Assembly (NCBI GenBank): GCA_963825055.1
Contig: CAWGSK010000012.1
Coordinates: 160,001-224,000, forward strand
Origin: an uncultured Gemmatimonadales bacterium
GTDB taxonomy: Bacteria > Gemmatimonadota > Gemmatimonadetes > Gemmatimonadales > GWC2-71-9
Length of the DNA: 64,000 nt
Reading direction: 5' to 3'
Positions 49,820-59,607 of the stretch are shown here, piece by piece; the stretch's first letter is position 1, and each line of letters opens with the position of its first letter. A model generated the notes under the pieces. It saw nothing but the letters and a program-made list of their open reading frames with translations. It did not search any database and had not been told where the DNA came from. A program made the position numbers and the translations under genes.

Positions 49820-51343
49820 TCAGCGAAGGGGGCGGCCGACCGCGGCTTCCAGCGCCGCGATGGCCCGATGATAGTCGTACACTGCGTTGATGTAGTCCGC
49901 TTCCGCCTGGGCAACCGCCTGCTGGGCATCGGAGAGCTCAAGCGAGTTTCCGCTCCCCAGCCGGTAGCGATCCTGCGCCAGCCGGAGCTGGTCCCGCGCC
50001 GAGGCCTGGCTGGCCTCCTGCACCGCGATGGACCGGTAGGACGTCTCGATCGCGAGATAGCGCGACTCGACCTCCGCGCGTACCTGGAGGGCCTGGGCCC
50101 GCACCTGCTCCTCGGCGTCGTCCCGTGCCGCATTCGCCTGCGAGACCCGCAGCTGTCGGCTGAAGCCGGTGAAGATCGGGAGTGAGACGGTCAGGTTCAC
50201 GCTGAACGGCTGGCTCTGGTAACTGAACGGGAACACGTTGTTGCTCGTCTGGATCGCGTTCACGATGCTGGGGTCCAGCTGGTTCCGGGATGCGTCCGCA
50301 AAAGCGGCATTGCAGTTCAGCGGGGGCAGGGGATTGGAGATACCCGACCGGATCTGGTTCTGCACGTCGCAGTCGGCCGCCGCGGCCTGGGCCCCGGCGA
50401 GCTGCTGGTTGAGCAGCAACTGCTCGTTCGTGAACTCCTGGGTGAACCCGCTCCAGCCGGCCGAGGCGGAGATGCTGGGGAAATACTCCGACTTGGCCGC
50501 GGTGACCCCGTGCCGTGCCGCGGATTCCCGCGCGCGCAGGGCGCGCAGGGACGGGTTCTCCTGCTCCGCGAGCGACAGGATGGCGTCAAGCTGGTAGTCC
50601 GGCGCCACTACCGGGAACGTGTCCGACAGGGCCACCAGGTTCACTGACATCGGCGGAACTACGCCCATCCGGCGGAACAGCTCAAGCTTGCTGTCGCTCT
50701 CGCCCTGCAGGGCCCGGAGCAGGGCGACCTCGGAACGGCGCTGCTGGACCTCAGCCTGCCGCACGTCGATCAGCGTCGACTGGCCAACCTGATACTTTGC
50801 CTGCGCCAGCTTGAGGAAGTCCGTGTTCCGCACGACCTGCTGGCGGGCCGCCTCCACCTGGGCCGTCGCCTGCAGCGAAGCCAGGTACTGGTCCGTGACC
50901 TGGAAGTTGAGCTGGCTTTCCGCACTGCCGATCTCGGCCTCGGTGGCCCGGCGGTTCGCCTTGGCCTGGCCCGGCGCCGTGAGCGTGCTTCCACTGAGCC
51001 GCCAGCTGAGCCCGACGCGGTAGCTGGAATTGAGCGACGGCGAGGTCTGATTGAAGGTGGTGCCGCCGAAGTTGGAGCTGCCTGAGCCCGTGTAGCCGAA
51101 GCTCGTCGAGGCGTCCGCCGAAGGCAGGAAAGCCCCGTAGGCGCTCCGCACCGCCCAGTCCGCCGGTGCGGCATCGTTGAGCGTCTGCTGGTAGCTCGGG
51201 TTGTGCTGCCGCGCCTGCTGCAGTGCCTCGTCGAGCGAGACCGTGACCGCCGGGACCGGCCGGGGAGCGACCATCGTCGTGTCCTGCGCGGCCGCTTGGG
51301 ACGCGGTCAGGCAGAGGGCGGAGAGTGCGATCCAGCGAACCAT
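49820..51343 (-). CDS. TolC family outer membrane protein
   Basis: Signal peptide, SLDEAL..A..HNP, VSLPIFTG, RYRLG repeats. Confidence 0.9.
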   Translation of the reverse strand: MVRWIALSALCLTASQAAAQDTTMVAPRPVPAVTVSLDEALQQARQHNPSYQQTLNDAAPADWAVRSAYGAFLPSADASTSFGYTGSGSSNFGGTTFNQTSPSLNSSYRVGLSWRLSGSTLTAPGQAKANRRATEAEIGSAESQLNFQVTDQYLASLQATAQVEAARQQVVRNTDFLKLAQAKYQVGQSTLIDVRQAEVQQRRSEVALLRALQGESDSKLELFRRMGVVPPMSVNLVALSDTFPVVAPDYQLDAILSLAEQENPSLRALRARESAARHGVTAAKSEYFPSISASAGWSGFTQEFTNEQLLLNQQLAGAQAAAADCDVQNQIRSGISNPLPPLNCNAAFADASRNQLDPSIVNAIQTSNNVFPFSYQSQPFSVNLTVSLPIFTGFSRQLRVSQANAARDDAEEQVRAQALQVRAEVESRYLAIETSYRSIAVQEASQASARDQLRLAQDRYRLGSGNSLELSDAQQAVAQAEADYINAVYDYHRAIAALEAAVGRPLR

Positions 51344-51381
51344 GGCGATGCGTCCTTTGGAATAGAGGGAGCCGACGCCTC

Positions 51382-51409
51382 TTACGGGAGCAGGGTATTC
51401 CAGGTTTCA
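51382..51409 (-). promoter_or_regulatory. Putative ECF-sigma promoter of the efflux operon
   Basis: Minus strand TGAAAC-N17-CGTAA, about 40 nt upstream of the tolC-family ATG. Confidence 0.5.
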
Positions 51410-51470
51410 GCCTGAGACGATGATCGTCCAAGACATTGTCATTTCGTAAGTTGAAAGGGGCGGGTAGTAG

Positions 51471-52112
51471 CTACGGTCGGAGGCGGACTACCTCGGTGTT
51501 CCGCTCGGGGAACTCCATCCGGACTACCCGGCCCCTCGCATCGAGTCGGAGGGTTCCGTTGACATCGCCAGTCATCTCCACGGCGGCGGCACCGTCTCCT
51601 CTGGTCTGCCGGAGGGTAACCGTCGCGCGCCGTCCCGTTCGTGGGAAGATGATGCGCACCCGCGTGCCCTCGTCGCTGGCCCGGGCAGCCAGGGCGAGAT
51701 AGAACGCGTACAGGCCATCGTCCAGCGCCAGGATATCGGGATTGCCGGGCATTTCCCGTGCGCTCTCGCTCCCCTCGCTGACCTGGTGGATGACCAGGAT
51801 CTCGTGTCCCATCTCGACCCGGAACCGGCTCGGGCCCCGGCCGCTGTCGTGATCCACCCGAAAGCTCGTGAGCCGGCCTTGCGCGTTCCGCTCGAGCACC
51901 CCAGTGAGCCGCAGCGGCGCCGCCGCGCCGCCGTACTGGGCGGTACTCATGATCGTGACTGCGTCCGGCCGGGGCTGGCCGGCGCGGACCGTGAACTCCT
52001 CCCGGGCGGCTTCCTGGCCGCCGCGACGGATTACGAACGTCCCCTCGTCGGTCTCCTGGGCGGAAGCCGCGAGCGGGACAAGCAGGAGGAGGGTGGCGGG
52101 CAGCAGTCTCAT
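51471..52112 (-). CDS. Hypothetical exported beta-rich protein
   Basis: Signal peptide (ASA|QE), ATGA overlap with the creatininase-family gene. Confidence 0.7.
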   Translation of the reverse strand: MRLLPATLLLLVPLAASAQETDEGTFVIRRGGQEAAREEFTVRAGQPRPDAVTIMSTAQYGGAAAPLRLTGVLERNAQGRLTSFRVDHDSGRGPSRFRVEMGHEILVIHQVSEGSESAREMPGNPDILALDDGLYAFYLALAARASDEGTRVRIIFPRTGRRATVTLRQTRGDGAAAVEMTGDVNGTLRLDARGRVVRMEFPERNTEVVRLRP

Positions 52113-52849
52113 GACTCCCCATCGGGTTCACAGAGGCCGAGGTCGAAGCACCGGTCGGCGATCCGGTCCAGAATGAATCTATACAGGATTTCCCCCTTCT
52201 CCGCAGACGCGGTGGTGGGGAAGCCCAGGGAGCCCTCTGAGCCCGCCGGGAGGCGTGCGCGCTTCATGAACTTCGCTGCGGCGCGCTCGCTGGGCTCGAA
52301 GTCGAGGGCCAGGTCCATGCGGACGAGGTCGGGCGCGATGTATAATAAGAGCGAAGTGTCGAGTTCCCCGCCGTGGATCGGGCCGACAGGCCGCTCGAGG
52401 AGGCTGGTGAAGTCCACGGCAAAGATGTCCACGAAATGGATGTTGGCCTCTTCCACCCGGATGGTGCTGAGTGCCTCCTGATGGGCGTCACCGCCTTGCG
52501 CGGTCAGGATGACGAACTCCCGGACGCCCGCGCCCGTTTCCCATGAGTCGATCAGTTCATTCATGACCCCGTGCAGGGTCTTTCGCCGCAGCGTTGCCGC
52601 CCCGGTCGTCGAAAGCTCGTCAGCCGTATTCACCCCGTACTCCACCGCCGGAGCCCGGATGACGCCGAACCGGGCCGAGAGGTCGTCGGCCAGCCGTTCC
52701 ACGATGATCGTGTCCACGCCAAGGGGGAGGTGGGACCCGTGCTGCTCGGTGGTGCCCACCGGCACGATGAGCCAGGGCTTCTCGTTGAGGCGCTCCCGGA
52801 CGTCCACGGGGGTCATGAACTTCAGTCGCCAGGGCTGTCGGTGATTCAT
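52109..52849 (-). CDS. Creatininase family protein (partly altered metal site)
   Basis: PVGTTEQHGSHLPLGVD, HGGELDTS, ASAEKG. Confidence 0.85.
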   Translation of the reverse strand: MNHRQPWRLKFMTPVDVRERLNEKPWLIVPVGTTEQHGSHLPLGVDTIIVERLADDLSARFGVIRAPAVEYGVNTADELSTTGAATLRRKTLHGVMNELIDSWETGAGVREFVILTAQGGDAHQEALSTIRVEEANIHFVDIFAVDFTSLLERPVGPIHGGELDTSLLLYIAPDLVRMDLALDFEPSERAAAKFMKRARLPAGSEGSLGFPTTASAEKGEILYRFILDRIADRCFDLGLCEPDGES

Positions 52850-55800
52850 AGGTCACGGTGGTGGCTGGTGGTGATGCTGCTCGCCGCGGTGGCGGTGGTG
52901 GAGTGGCTGCACGAGCCGTCGTGGATCTGGGTTTCCGCCTCGGGACTGCTCCTTGGCGCCGGGGCCCTGCTGGCCACCCGCCCGTGGCGTCGCGCCGACA
53001 CCGCCGCCCTCGTCGTGCTCACGGTCCTCACGGTCTTCCTGCTCTGGGCCCAGCGCGGACTGACGACGATCGGCCACGACTGGCCCAGGGAGCGCGAACG
53101 CCGTGTCACCGCGGCGTCCAGACGCCTCTCAGGCGAATTGGCCGAGGCACTGCGCCAGGCGGAGCGGGCTGTCGAGCGGGCCCGTACCGCCGCGAACTAC
53201 AACCCGCGGGCGGCGTTCGACCAGCTCGAACGGTCCCTGCCGCCCGGCGGCCCCGAGACCGGGCTCGCGCTCTTCGAGGCGACCGGGACCCCGCGGGCCT
53301 GGGCCGGACGGCACCGGATCCTGCCCCGGGCGGCGGGCGACTCGATCGGTGTCGTCGCTGACGGATCATACATCATCCTGGAAACCCGGCGCCATGTCGA
53401 GACCGGGCGGATCCTGGTCGCCAGCGTACTCGTCTGGGCCGATCCCGCCATTCCCGGCGATCCCGAGAGCGTGGCCCGGCGCTTCGCCAGGCGGCGGGGC
53501 GTGGGGCTCGCGGTCTATCCCGCCGGCCTCGCGCCAGCCGGGCCGGACATCTTCGACTACGAACAGCCGACGACCACCGGGAGCCGCGTCCTGTTCAGCG
53601 TGCAGCCGCTCCCGCCGGAACAGGGCCCTGCGCGCGAGAGGCTCCAGCGCCTGGCCAGCGGGGTGACTGTGTGGCTGCTGCTCGCCTTCGTGGCCGCCCT
53701 GGTCCTGGCCGCGCGATCGACCCCGGGCCGCTTCCTGGCGCTTCTCCTGCTGCCGTGGCTGGCCCTCCGCTCACCCCCCGGCCGGGCAGTCGGCATGGCC
53801 GACCTGTTCTCGCCCGGGGTCTTCTTCCGCCCACTGCTCGGGCCCATCTCCGGCTCGGCCGGCCTGCTCGGGCTGACCGGCGCCCTCGTGATCCTCGGGG
53901 CCGTCTGGTTCTGGCGGCGGGGATATGCCCGCCGATGGACCGGGGTCGGCTTCGGTATCCTCCTGCTGCTCGCGGCACCATACGTGATCCGCGAACTCGG
54001 CCGCGGGATCACTCCCCCGGTCGACGGGGTGCCGGTCGACCTCTGGCTCACCTGGGAAGTAACGCTTCTGCTGGCGACGACTGCGATGATCCTGCCGGTC
54101 GCCGCGCTCTTCCGCGGCAGGACGGTCCCCCCGCGCACGCCGTGGACGATCCCGGCCGGCATTGCCGTTGCGATCGTCGCCGCAGTCGCGGGAATCTGGG
54201 TCTGGGGCCCGGGCATCGGGTGGCCGCCCTGGTACACCTTCCTGTGGACCCCCGCACTGGTGCTGGTCACGCTTCCCGCGCCGCGCCGCTCCGCCCTGGT
54301 CGGCATTGCCATCGTGGCGGGGTCGGCGGCGGCCCTGGTTACGTGGGGCGCTGAGCTCGAGGGACGGATCGATGCCGCGCGACGGGACATCACCAGTCTT
54401 GGCGCGGAAGCCGACCCGCTTGCCCTCCCGCCACTGGAGCGGCTGGGGGCCCTCGCCGCGGACGAACCGATCCCGCTGGACGACACCGACCTCTTCCGGC
54501 TCTGGAAAGGCTCGACGTTCGCGGGCGGGGAATACCCGTTCCGGCTCGATCTCTGGAACGCCGACGGGCGCCCGGCCGGGCCCTCGCTCGTGCTGGATTC
54601 GCTCGATGTCTCCGCCGCGCTGCTCTCGGCGATGGTGCGTTCGCTCGATTCCGGGGAGACCCGGCGCTCGGCCCAGGTGACCCGTGTGCCGGGTGTCCAC
54701 GCCATCCTGATGCAGCGCCTCGACTCCGGATTCGTGCTGACCGCCACGGTGGGTCCGCGCACCAGGCTCATCCCTCCCACTCAGCTGGGCCGCCTGCTCC
54801 GGCGCCCGTCCCGCGGACCACCGCTCTATTCCCTCGCCCTGCTCCCGCCGCAGGATGCCGGCGCCCCCTCCGGCGGGCGCGTGGCCTGGCGGCGGGAGGG
54901 GTGGCGCGTGCAGGGCGACCGGGAACTCGGGGTGGGGGAGGGGGTGCGACATGCGCACGCCACGGTGAACCTCCGCGGACCGGTGCCCATCCTCGTGCGC
55001 GGGGCCCTGGTCGTCCTGCTGGACATCGCCGTCATCGCGGCACTCTGGTTCCTGGCCTCGCTCTTCGCCGGCGGGGCGCTCCAGGTCCGCGGGTGGAGTC
55101 GCGCGATCCGCAGTTACCAGGCGCGGCTGGCCCTGACGCTTTCGCTCTTCTTTCTTGTGCCGGTGGCCGGGTTCGCGGCGTGGAGTTTCGCCCGGCTCGA
55201 CGATGAGGCCGAACGGGGGCGTGACCTGCTGGTCGCGCAGACCCTGCGTGCGGCGACCCCGCGCGCGGCCGGCCTGCTCCGCCGTCCCGGGGAGGGCGTG
55301 TCGGAGGGGCTCGAGGAGGTGAGCCGGGAGAGCGACGCCGAGCTGGCGCTCTACAGCGGCGGGGCCATGGTCGGCAGCAGCTCGAGTGTCCTGGGCGACG
55401 TGGGCCTGGTGTCGCCGCTGATGGACCCGGTCGCGTTCCAGGATCTCGCGCTCGAGGACGGCCTCGAGGTGACGCGCCGGAATCCGCTCGTTTCCTCCCT
55501 GCTCGTCGGCTACCGGGTGGTCCGGCCGGGGCCTGCCGCGGGGGTGGGGGTGCTGGCCACCCCCCGCCTGGCGGTGGATCCCATGCTTGCCGCCCAGCAG
55601 GGAGACCTCGTGCTGGGGCTCCTCCTCGCGACGCTGGTGGGGATTGGCGCGGCGCTCATCGGTGCCCGCCGGGCGGCGCGGTCGCTGGCCCGCCCGGTGG
55701 ACAACCTCGGGCTGCTGGCTCGCGCACTCGGGCGGGGCGAGCCCGTGCCCGCGCTCGCGGGAGAGCCCCCGATCGAGTTCGAGCCTGTGTTCGCGGCCTT

Positions 55801-56833
55801 CAGCCGGATGGCGGCCGACATCCGTTCGAGCCAGGCGGCGCTGGAAGCGGCACGGCGCCGGACGGCCACGGTACTGGCCACCGTCGCGACCGGGGTGGTG
55901 GCGCTCGACCGTGACGGGCGCATCCTGCTCGCGAACGAGCGCGCGCGCGACTTGCTCGACCTGCCGCTGGCTGACGGAACCGGGCTGCTCCAGGTCCTGC
56001 CCCCCGCCTGGCGTGAGCTTGGCGACGCCGTCCGGCCATCCCTCGGGGCGGCGACGGTAGATGAAACCGGGCACGAGTTCGATGTGGAGGGGCGCCGGTA
56101 CGGACTGCAGCTGGCGCCACTGGGCGGCGAGTTGCGTGGCGTCGTGCTGGCGCTGAGCGACCTCACCGACGTCTCGCGCGCGGAGCGCGTGCTCGCATGG
56201 GGGGAGATGGCCCGGCAGGTTGCACACGAGATCAAGAATCCGCTTACGCCGCTTCGACTCGGCGTGCAGCACCTGCGCCGGGTGCAGCAGGACCGTCCCG
56301 CTGATCTCAGCCGCGTGGTGGAGGAGACCTCCGGTCGTATCCTGGCGGAGATCGACCGGCTCGATACCATCGCGCGGGCCTTCAGCCGGTTCGGCGCGCC
56401 GGAGACTGGCGGCGGGGCCATGGAGCATGTCGACCTCGCGGGTACGGCCCGTGAGGTCGTGGAGCTCTACGGCATATCGGAGGAGGGCGCCAGGGTTACG
56501 ATGGAGGAGTCGTCCCCGGCCACCGTGGCCGCGCGTCGCGACGAGGTGAAGGAGGTGCTGGTCAACCTGCTGGAGAACGCCCGCAATGCCGGGGCGGCGC
56601 AGGTTGAGGTGTCCGTCGCCGGCCGGACGCTGTCGGTGCGCGACGACGGGCACGGGATCCCGGCCGACCAGCTGCCCCAGATATTCGAGCCCCGCTTTTC
56701 CACGACGACGAGTGGTTCCGGCCTTGGCCTGGCCATCGTCCGGCGCCTGGTGGAAGGTTGGGGTGCCACGATCGAGGTCCGGAGCAGGGCGGGGGAGGGG
56801 ACGACGGTGACCCTGCAGTTCACGGAGGCGTAA
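52841..56833 (+). CDS. Large multi-TM sensor histidine kinase (NtrY-like HAMP-PAS-HisKA-HATPase); start 52841-52874 uncertain
   Basis: WGEMARQVAHEIKNPLTP, NLLENA, DDGHGI, FEPRFST, GSGLGLAI; many TM segments. Confidence 0.9.
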   Translation: MIHRSRWWLVVMLLAAVAVVEWLHEPSWIWVSASGLLLGAGALLATRPWRRADTAALVVLTVLTVFLLWAQRGLTTIGHDWPRERERRVTAASRRLSGELAEALRQAERAVERARTAANYNPRAAFDQLERSLPPGGPETGLALFEATGTPRAWAGRHRILPRAAGDSIGVVADGSYIILETRRHVETGRILVASVLVWADPAIPGDPESVARRFARRRGVGLAVYPAGLAPAGPDIFDYEQPTTTGSRVLFSVQPLPPEQGPARERLQRLASGVTVWLLLAFVAALVLAARSTPGRFLALLLLPWLALRSPPGRAVGMADLFSPGVFFRPLLGPISGSAGLLGLTGALVILGAVWFWRRGYARRWTGVGFGILLLLAAPYVIRELGRGITPPVDGVPVDLWLTWEVTLLLATTAMILPVAALFRGRTVPPRTPWTIPAGIAVAIVAAVAGIWVWGPGIGWPPWYTFLWTPALVLVTLPAPRRSALVGIAIVAGSAAALVTWGAELEGRIDAARRDITSLGAEADPLALPPLERLGALAADEPIPLDDTDLFRLWKGSTFAGGEYPFRLDLWNADGRPAGPSLVLDSLDVSAALLSAMVRSLDSGETRRSAQVTRVPGVHAILMQRLDSGFVLTATVGPRTRLIPPTQLGRLLRRPSRGPPLYSLALLPPQDAGAPSGGRVAWRREGWRVQGDRELGVGEGVRHAHATVNLRGPVPILVRGALVVLLDIAVIAALWFLASLFAGGALQVRGWSRAIRSYQARLALTLSLFFLVPVAGFAAWSFARLDDEAERGRDLLVAQTLRAATPRAAGLLRRPGEGVSEGLEEVSRESDAELALYSGGAMVGSSSSVLGDVGLVSPLMDPVAFQDLALEDGLEVTRRNPLVSSLLVGYRVVRPGPAAGVGVLATPRLAVDPMLAAQQGDLVLGLLLATLVGIGAALIGARRAARSLARPVDNLGLLARALGRGEPVPALAGEPPIEFEPVFAAFSRMAADIRSSQAALEAARRRTATVLATVATGVVALDRDGRILLANERARDLLDLPLADGTGLLQVLPPAWRELGDAVRPSLGAATVDETGHEFDVEGRRYGLQLAPLGGELRGVVLALSDLTDVSRAERVLAWGEMARQVAHEIKNPLTPLRLGVQHLRRVQQDRPADLSRVVEETSGRILAEIDRLDTIARAFSRFGAPETGGGAMEHVDLAGTAREVVELYGISEEGARVTMEESSPATVAARRDEVKEVLVNLLENARNAGAAQVEVSVAGRTLSVRDDGHGIPADQLPQIFEPRFSTTTSGSGLGLAIVRRLVEGWGATIEVRSRAGEGTTVTLQFTEA

Positions 56834-56888
56834 GTTCGCCATGCCGCTATCTTGCAGTACCCCTTCATACCGACGGTCGCGAGTTCCC

Positions 56889-57749
56889 ATGTCCCGCCTG
56901 CTGTCGCTCATGCTGCTGCTTCCGGTTGTCGCCGGTGCCCAGGTTCCGATCACCGGGGGGGTCTCGGTCATGCCGGGGCCTGTTCGCGAAGGGAGCGCCT
57001 TTCGGGTCGTGCTGGATTCGGCCTGGTGGGCGGACGCCCCGCTGGACGCGCAGGTGGCGGGCGAGCCGGTCCGGTTCGTCCGGGCGGCTGACGGCACCTG
57101 GCGGGGGCTGGCCGCCGCCCCGGTCGGGGTGGACAGTGTCGTCCTGAGCGCGGGAGACCGGCGGGTCGTCATCCCCGTGGTTTCCGGGCACTTCCCATCG
57201 GAGCGACTGCAGGTCGCACCCGCCTTCGGGCGCAAACCCGACAGCGCCACCTCGGCGCGTATCGCGTCAGAAGTGGCCCGGGCCCGCGCCGTGTCCCGGG
57301 CCGCCCATGACACGCCCCGCCTCTGGTCCGGCCCCTTCCGCCGCCCCCGTGACAGCCGCATCACGAGTCCGTTCGGGCGTTACCGCACGTTCAACGGCGC
57401 CGTGGAAAGCCGGCACATGGGCGTGGATTTCGCGGGTGCGACCGGCGAGCCGGTCCTCGCCGCCAACCGGGGAGTGGTGGCGCTGGTCGAAGACTTCTAT
57501 CTTGCAGGGAAGGCCGTGTATGTCGATCACGGAGATGGTCTCGTGACCGGCTACTTCCACCTGAGCCGCGCCGACGTGACCGCCGGCGACACGGTGGAGG
57601 CCGGTCAGCGCCTTGGCGCGGTGGGCCACAGCGGTCGCGTCACGGCCCCGCACCTGCACTGGATCGCCCGTTACGGGGCCATCACGATCAACCCGTTGTC
57701 CCTCGTGGCACTCGATTCCCCAACGACCCCCGACCCGGCCACCCCATGA
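56889..57749 (+). CDS. Exported M23 family metallopeptidase
   Basis: Signal peptide; HMGVD, GYFH, HLH motifs. Confidence 0.9.
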   Translation: MSRLLSLMLLLPVVAGAQVPITGGVSVMPGPVREGSAFRVVLDSAWWADAPLDAQVAGEPVRFVRAADGTWRGLAAAPVGVDSVVLSAGDRRVVIPVVSGHFPSERLQVAPAFGRKPDSATSARIASEVARARAVSRAAHDTPRLWSGPFRRPRDSRITSPFGRYRTFNGAVESRHMGVDFAGATGEPVLAANRGVVALVEDFYLAGKAVYVDHGDGLVTGYFHLSRADVTAGDTVEAGQRLGAVGHSGRVTAPHLHWIARYGAITINPLSLVALDSPTTPDPATP

Positions 57750-58564
57750 CGCACGTCAGCGCCATTTTCTACTACCCGCTCAAATCCGCGCGCGGCATCG
57801 CGCTCGATCATGCGCGACTGGACGATCGTGGCATCCGGGGTGACCGACGCTGGATGCTGGTGGATGGCGAGGGACGCTTCGTGAGCCAGCGCGAAGCATC
57901 ACGGCTCTGTCTCGTACAGCCGGGCTTCACCGCGGAGGGCATGACCCTCGAGGCGCCGGGCATGGACCCGGTCGTCGTGCCGCGCCAGTCGAACGGCGAG
58001 GGCAGGCGGGTGGTGCTCTGGGACGACACGTGCGGCGCGTCCGACATGGGCGACGAACCCGCCCGATGGTTCAGCACGTTCCTGGACCTGCCGGTGCGAA
58101 TGGTGTTCATGCCCGCCGACTCGCGCCGGCGGATTGACCCTGCCTGGGATTCCCGGGGAAGGATCACCAGCTTCACAGACGGGTTTCCGCTGCTCTTCAC
58201 CAGCCAGTCGTCACTCGACGACCTGAACGGCCGGCTCGAGGAGCGGGTGCCGATGAACCGTTTCCGGCCCAGCGTCGTGATCAGTGGCGCGGAGCCCTGG
58301 GCCGAGGACCGGTGGTCGTTGCTTCGTATCAGCGGGGTGGAGTATGACGTGGGGAAGCCGTGCGAGCGATGCGTCATGGCCACGATCAACCAGGACACGG
58401 GCGAGGCAGGTCACGAGCCGCTGCGGACCCTCGCCACCTTCCGGCGGGTGAACGGCAAGACCCTCTTCGGGCGCAACGTGATGCATCGCGATGCCGGCGT
58501 GCTTCGGGTGGGTGACCGCGTGGATGTCGTCACCTCGGCGGAGACGGCCGGCACTCCCTCCTAG
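57746..58564 (+). CDS. MOSC domain-containing protein (YcbX/mARC-like)
   Basis: YPLKS, DRRWM, FTDGFP, RFRP, PCERC. Confidence 0.92.
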   Translation: MTHVSAIFYYPLKSARGIALDHARLDDRGIRGDRRWMLVDGEGRFVSQREASRLCLVQPGFTAEGMTLEAPGMDPVVVPRQSNGEGRRVVLWDDTCGASDMGDEPARWFSTFLDLPVRMVFMPADSRRRIDPAWDSRGRITSFTDGFPLLFTSQSSLDDLNGRLEERVPMNRFRPSVVISGAEPWAEDRWSLLRISGVEYDVGKPCERCVMATINQDTGEAGHEPLRTLATFRRVNGKTLFGRNVMHRDAGVLRVGDRVDVVTSAETAGTPS

Positions 58565-59433
58565 AAACTCACCGCGTAACCCAGGGTCGGCGTTCCGGTC
58601 GGGGTCAGCAGGAACCCGGGCGGCTTCAACCCGAAGAACTGCCAGTGGCCGTTGACGAACTTCGCGCTCGCGATGCCGAGGGCGGCACCCAGGGCGGTGT
58701 CGCTCAGCCAGTGGCGATTGTCGTTGATTCGCGAATAGGCCGTGCCGAGGGCGAACGTATACAGGGCCACCGTCACCATCGGTTCATGGATGTCGTCACT
58801 GAGGGACGTGGCGATGGCAAACGCTGCGGTCGTGTGGCCGGAAGGGAATGAGCTGCGGGTGGTGAACCCCGCCGAGTCCTTGAGCGAGGTGAAGGGATGG
58901 AACTCGAACGCCCCCACCTGCTCATTCGGCCGGCTGCGGCCGACGAGTCGCTTGATGGCCTCGGAAGTGAGGCCGGAAAAGAGCACCGCGGCCACCATCC
59001 GTCCCCCGGCCCGCTGAATATCCCGGTTCTTCGTCACCACCCCGAGGGCCAGCGTGCCGAGGCTGACCCCTCCGTAGAACACCGGTTCGCCCTCCTTGCG
59101 GAAGACGGACGAGATGTCATTGGTCGTCTTCGAGCGATTCCGCTGGGCCCACCGCTGGACCGGCTCGTCCAGGACGGAAAACGCGGCCACCCCTGCGAGG
59201 ACGGCGCCAGCCTCATACCAGCGCACGACATGGGCCTCGCGGATCACCTCACGCTGAGCCTCCTTCGCCAGCGTGTCGTTGATCGCCTTGATGACGGTGT
59301 CCCGCTTCGCCTTCCTGACGGAATCGGGGACTTGCGCCGCGAGTGGCGCCGCAGTGACGGCGAGAGTCGTCGCCGTCAGCAGGGCAAACAGAAACCGGGC
59401 GCCTCGTGGCGCCCGGACGTGGGACCGATGCAT
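58561..59433 (-). CDS. PAP2 family phosphatase
   Basis: KRLVGRSRP, SFPSGH, SRINDNRHWLSD. Confidence 0.9.
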   Translation of the reverse strand: MHRSHVRAPRGARFLFALLTATTLAVTAAPLAAQVPDSVRKAKRDTVIKAINDTLAKEAQREVIREAHVVRWYEAGAVLAGVAAFSVLDEPVQRWAQRNRSKTTNDISSVFRKEGEPVFYGGVSLGTLALGVVTKNRDIQRAGGRMVAAVLFSGLTSEAIKRLVGRSRPNEQVGAFEFHPFTSLKDSAGFTTRSSFPSGHTTAAFAIATSLSDDIHEPMVTVALYTFALGTAYSRINDNRHWLSDTALGAALGIASAKFVNGHWQFFGLKPPGFLLTPTGTPTLGYAVSF

Positions 59434-59468
59434 GCACACTCCCTCGAACGGGTCTTGGCCCAAAAAGG

Positions 59469-59474
59469 ATTATA
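59469..59474 (-). promoter_or_regulatory. -10 element for the PAP2 gene
   Basis: Perfect TATAAT on the minus strand 35 nt upstream of the ATG, rare in 70% GC DNA. Confidence 0.5.
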
Positions 59475-59607
59475 GCCGAGAGACGCTCGGGGCCGTGAGG
59501 GTGGTCACATGCCACTCCGGGGTGGTCCCGGACCATCGTGCGGGAAAAGGATGACGGGAGAACGCCCACACGTCCGCATCGTGTGCGACCCCCATTCCGG
59601 GAGTTGC

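Noticed and set aside
53771..57364. 1197-aa minus-strand ORF
   Set aside because: Antisense shadow of the histidine kinase and M23 genes.
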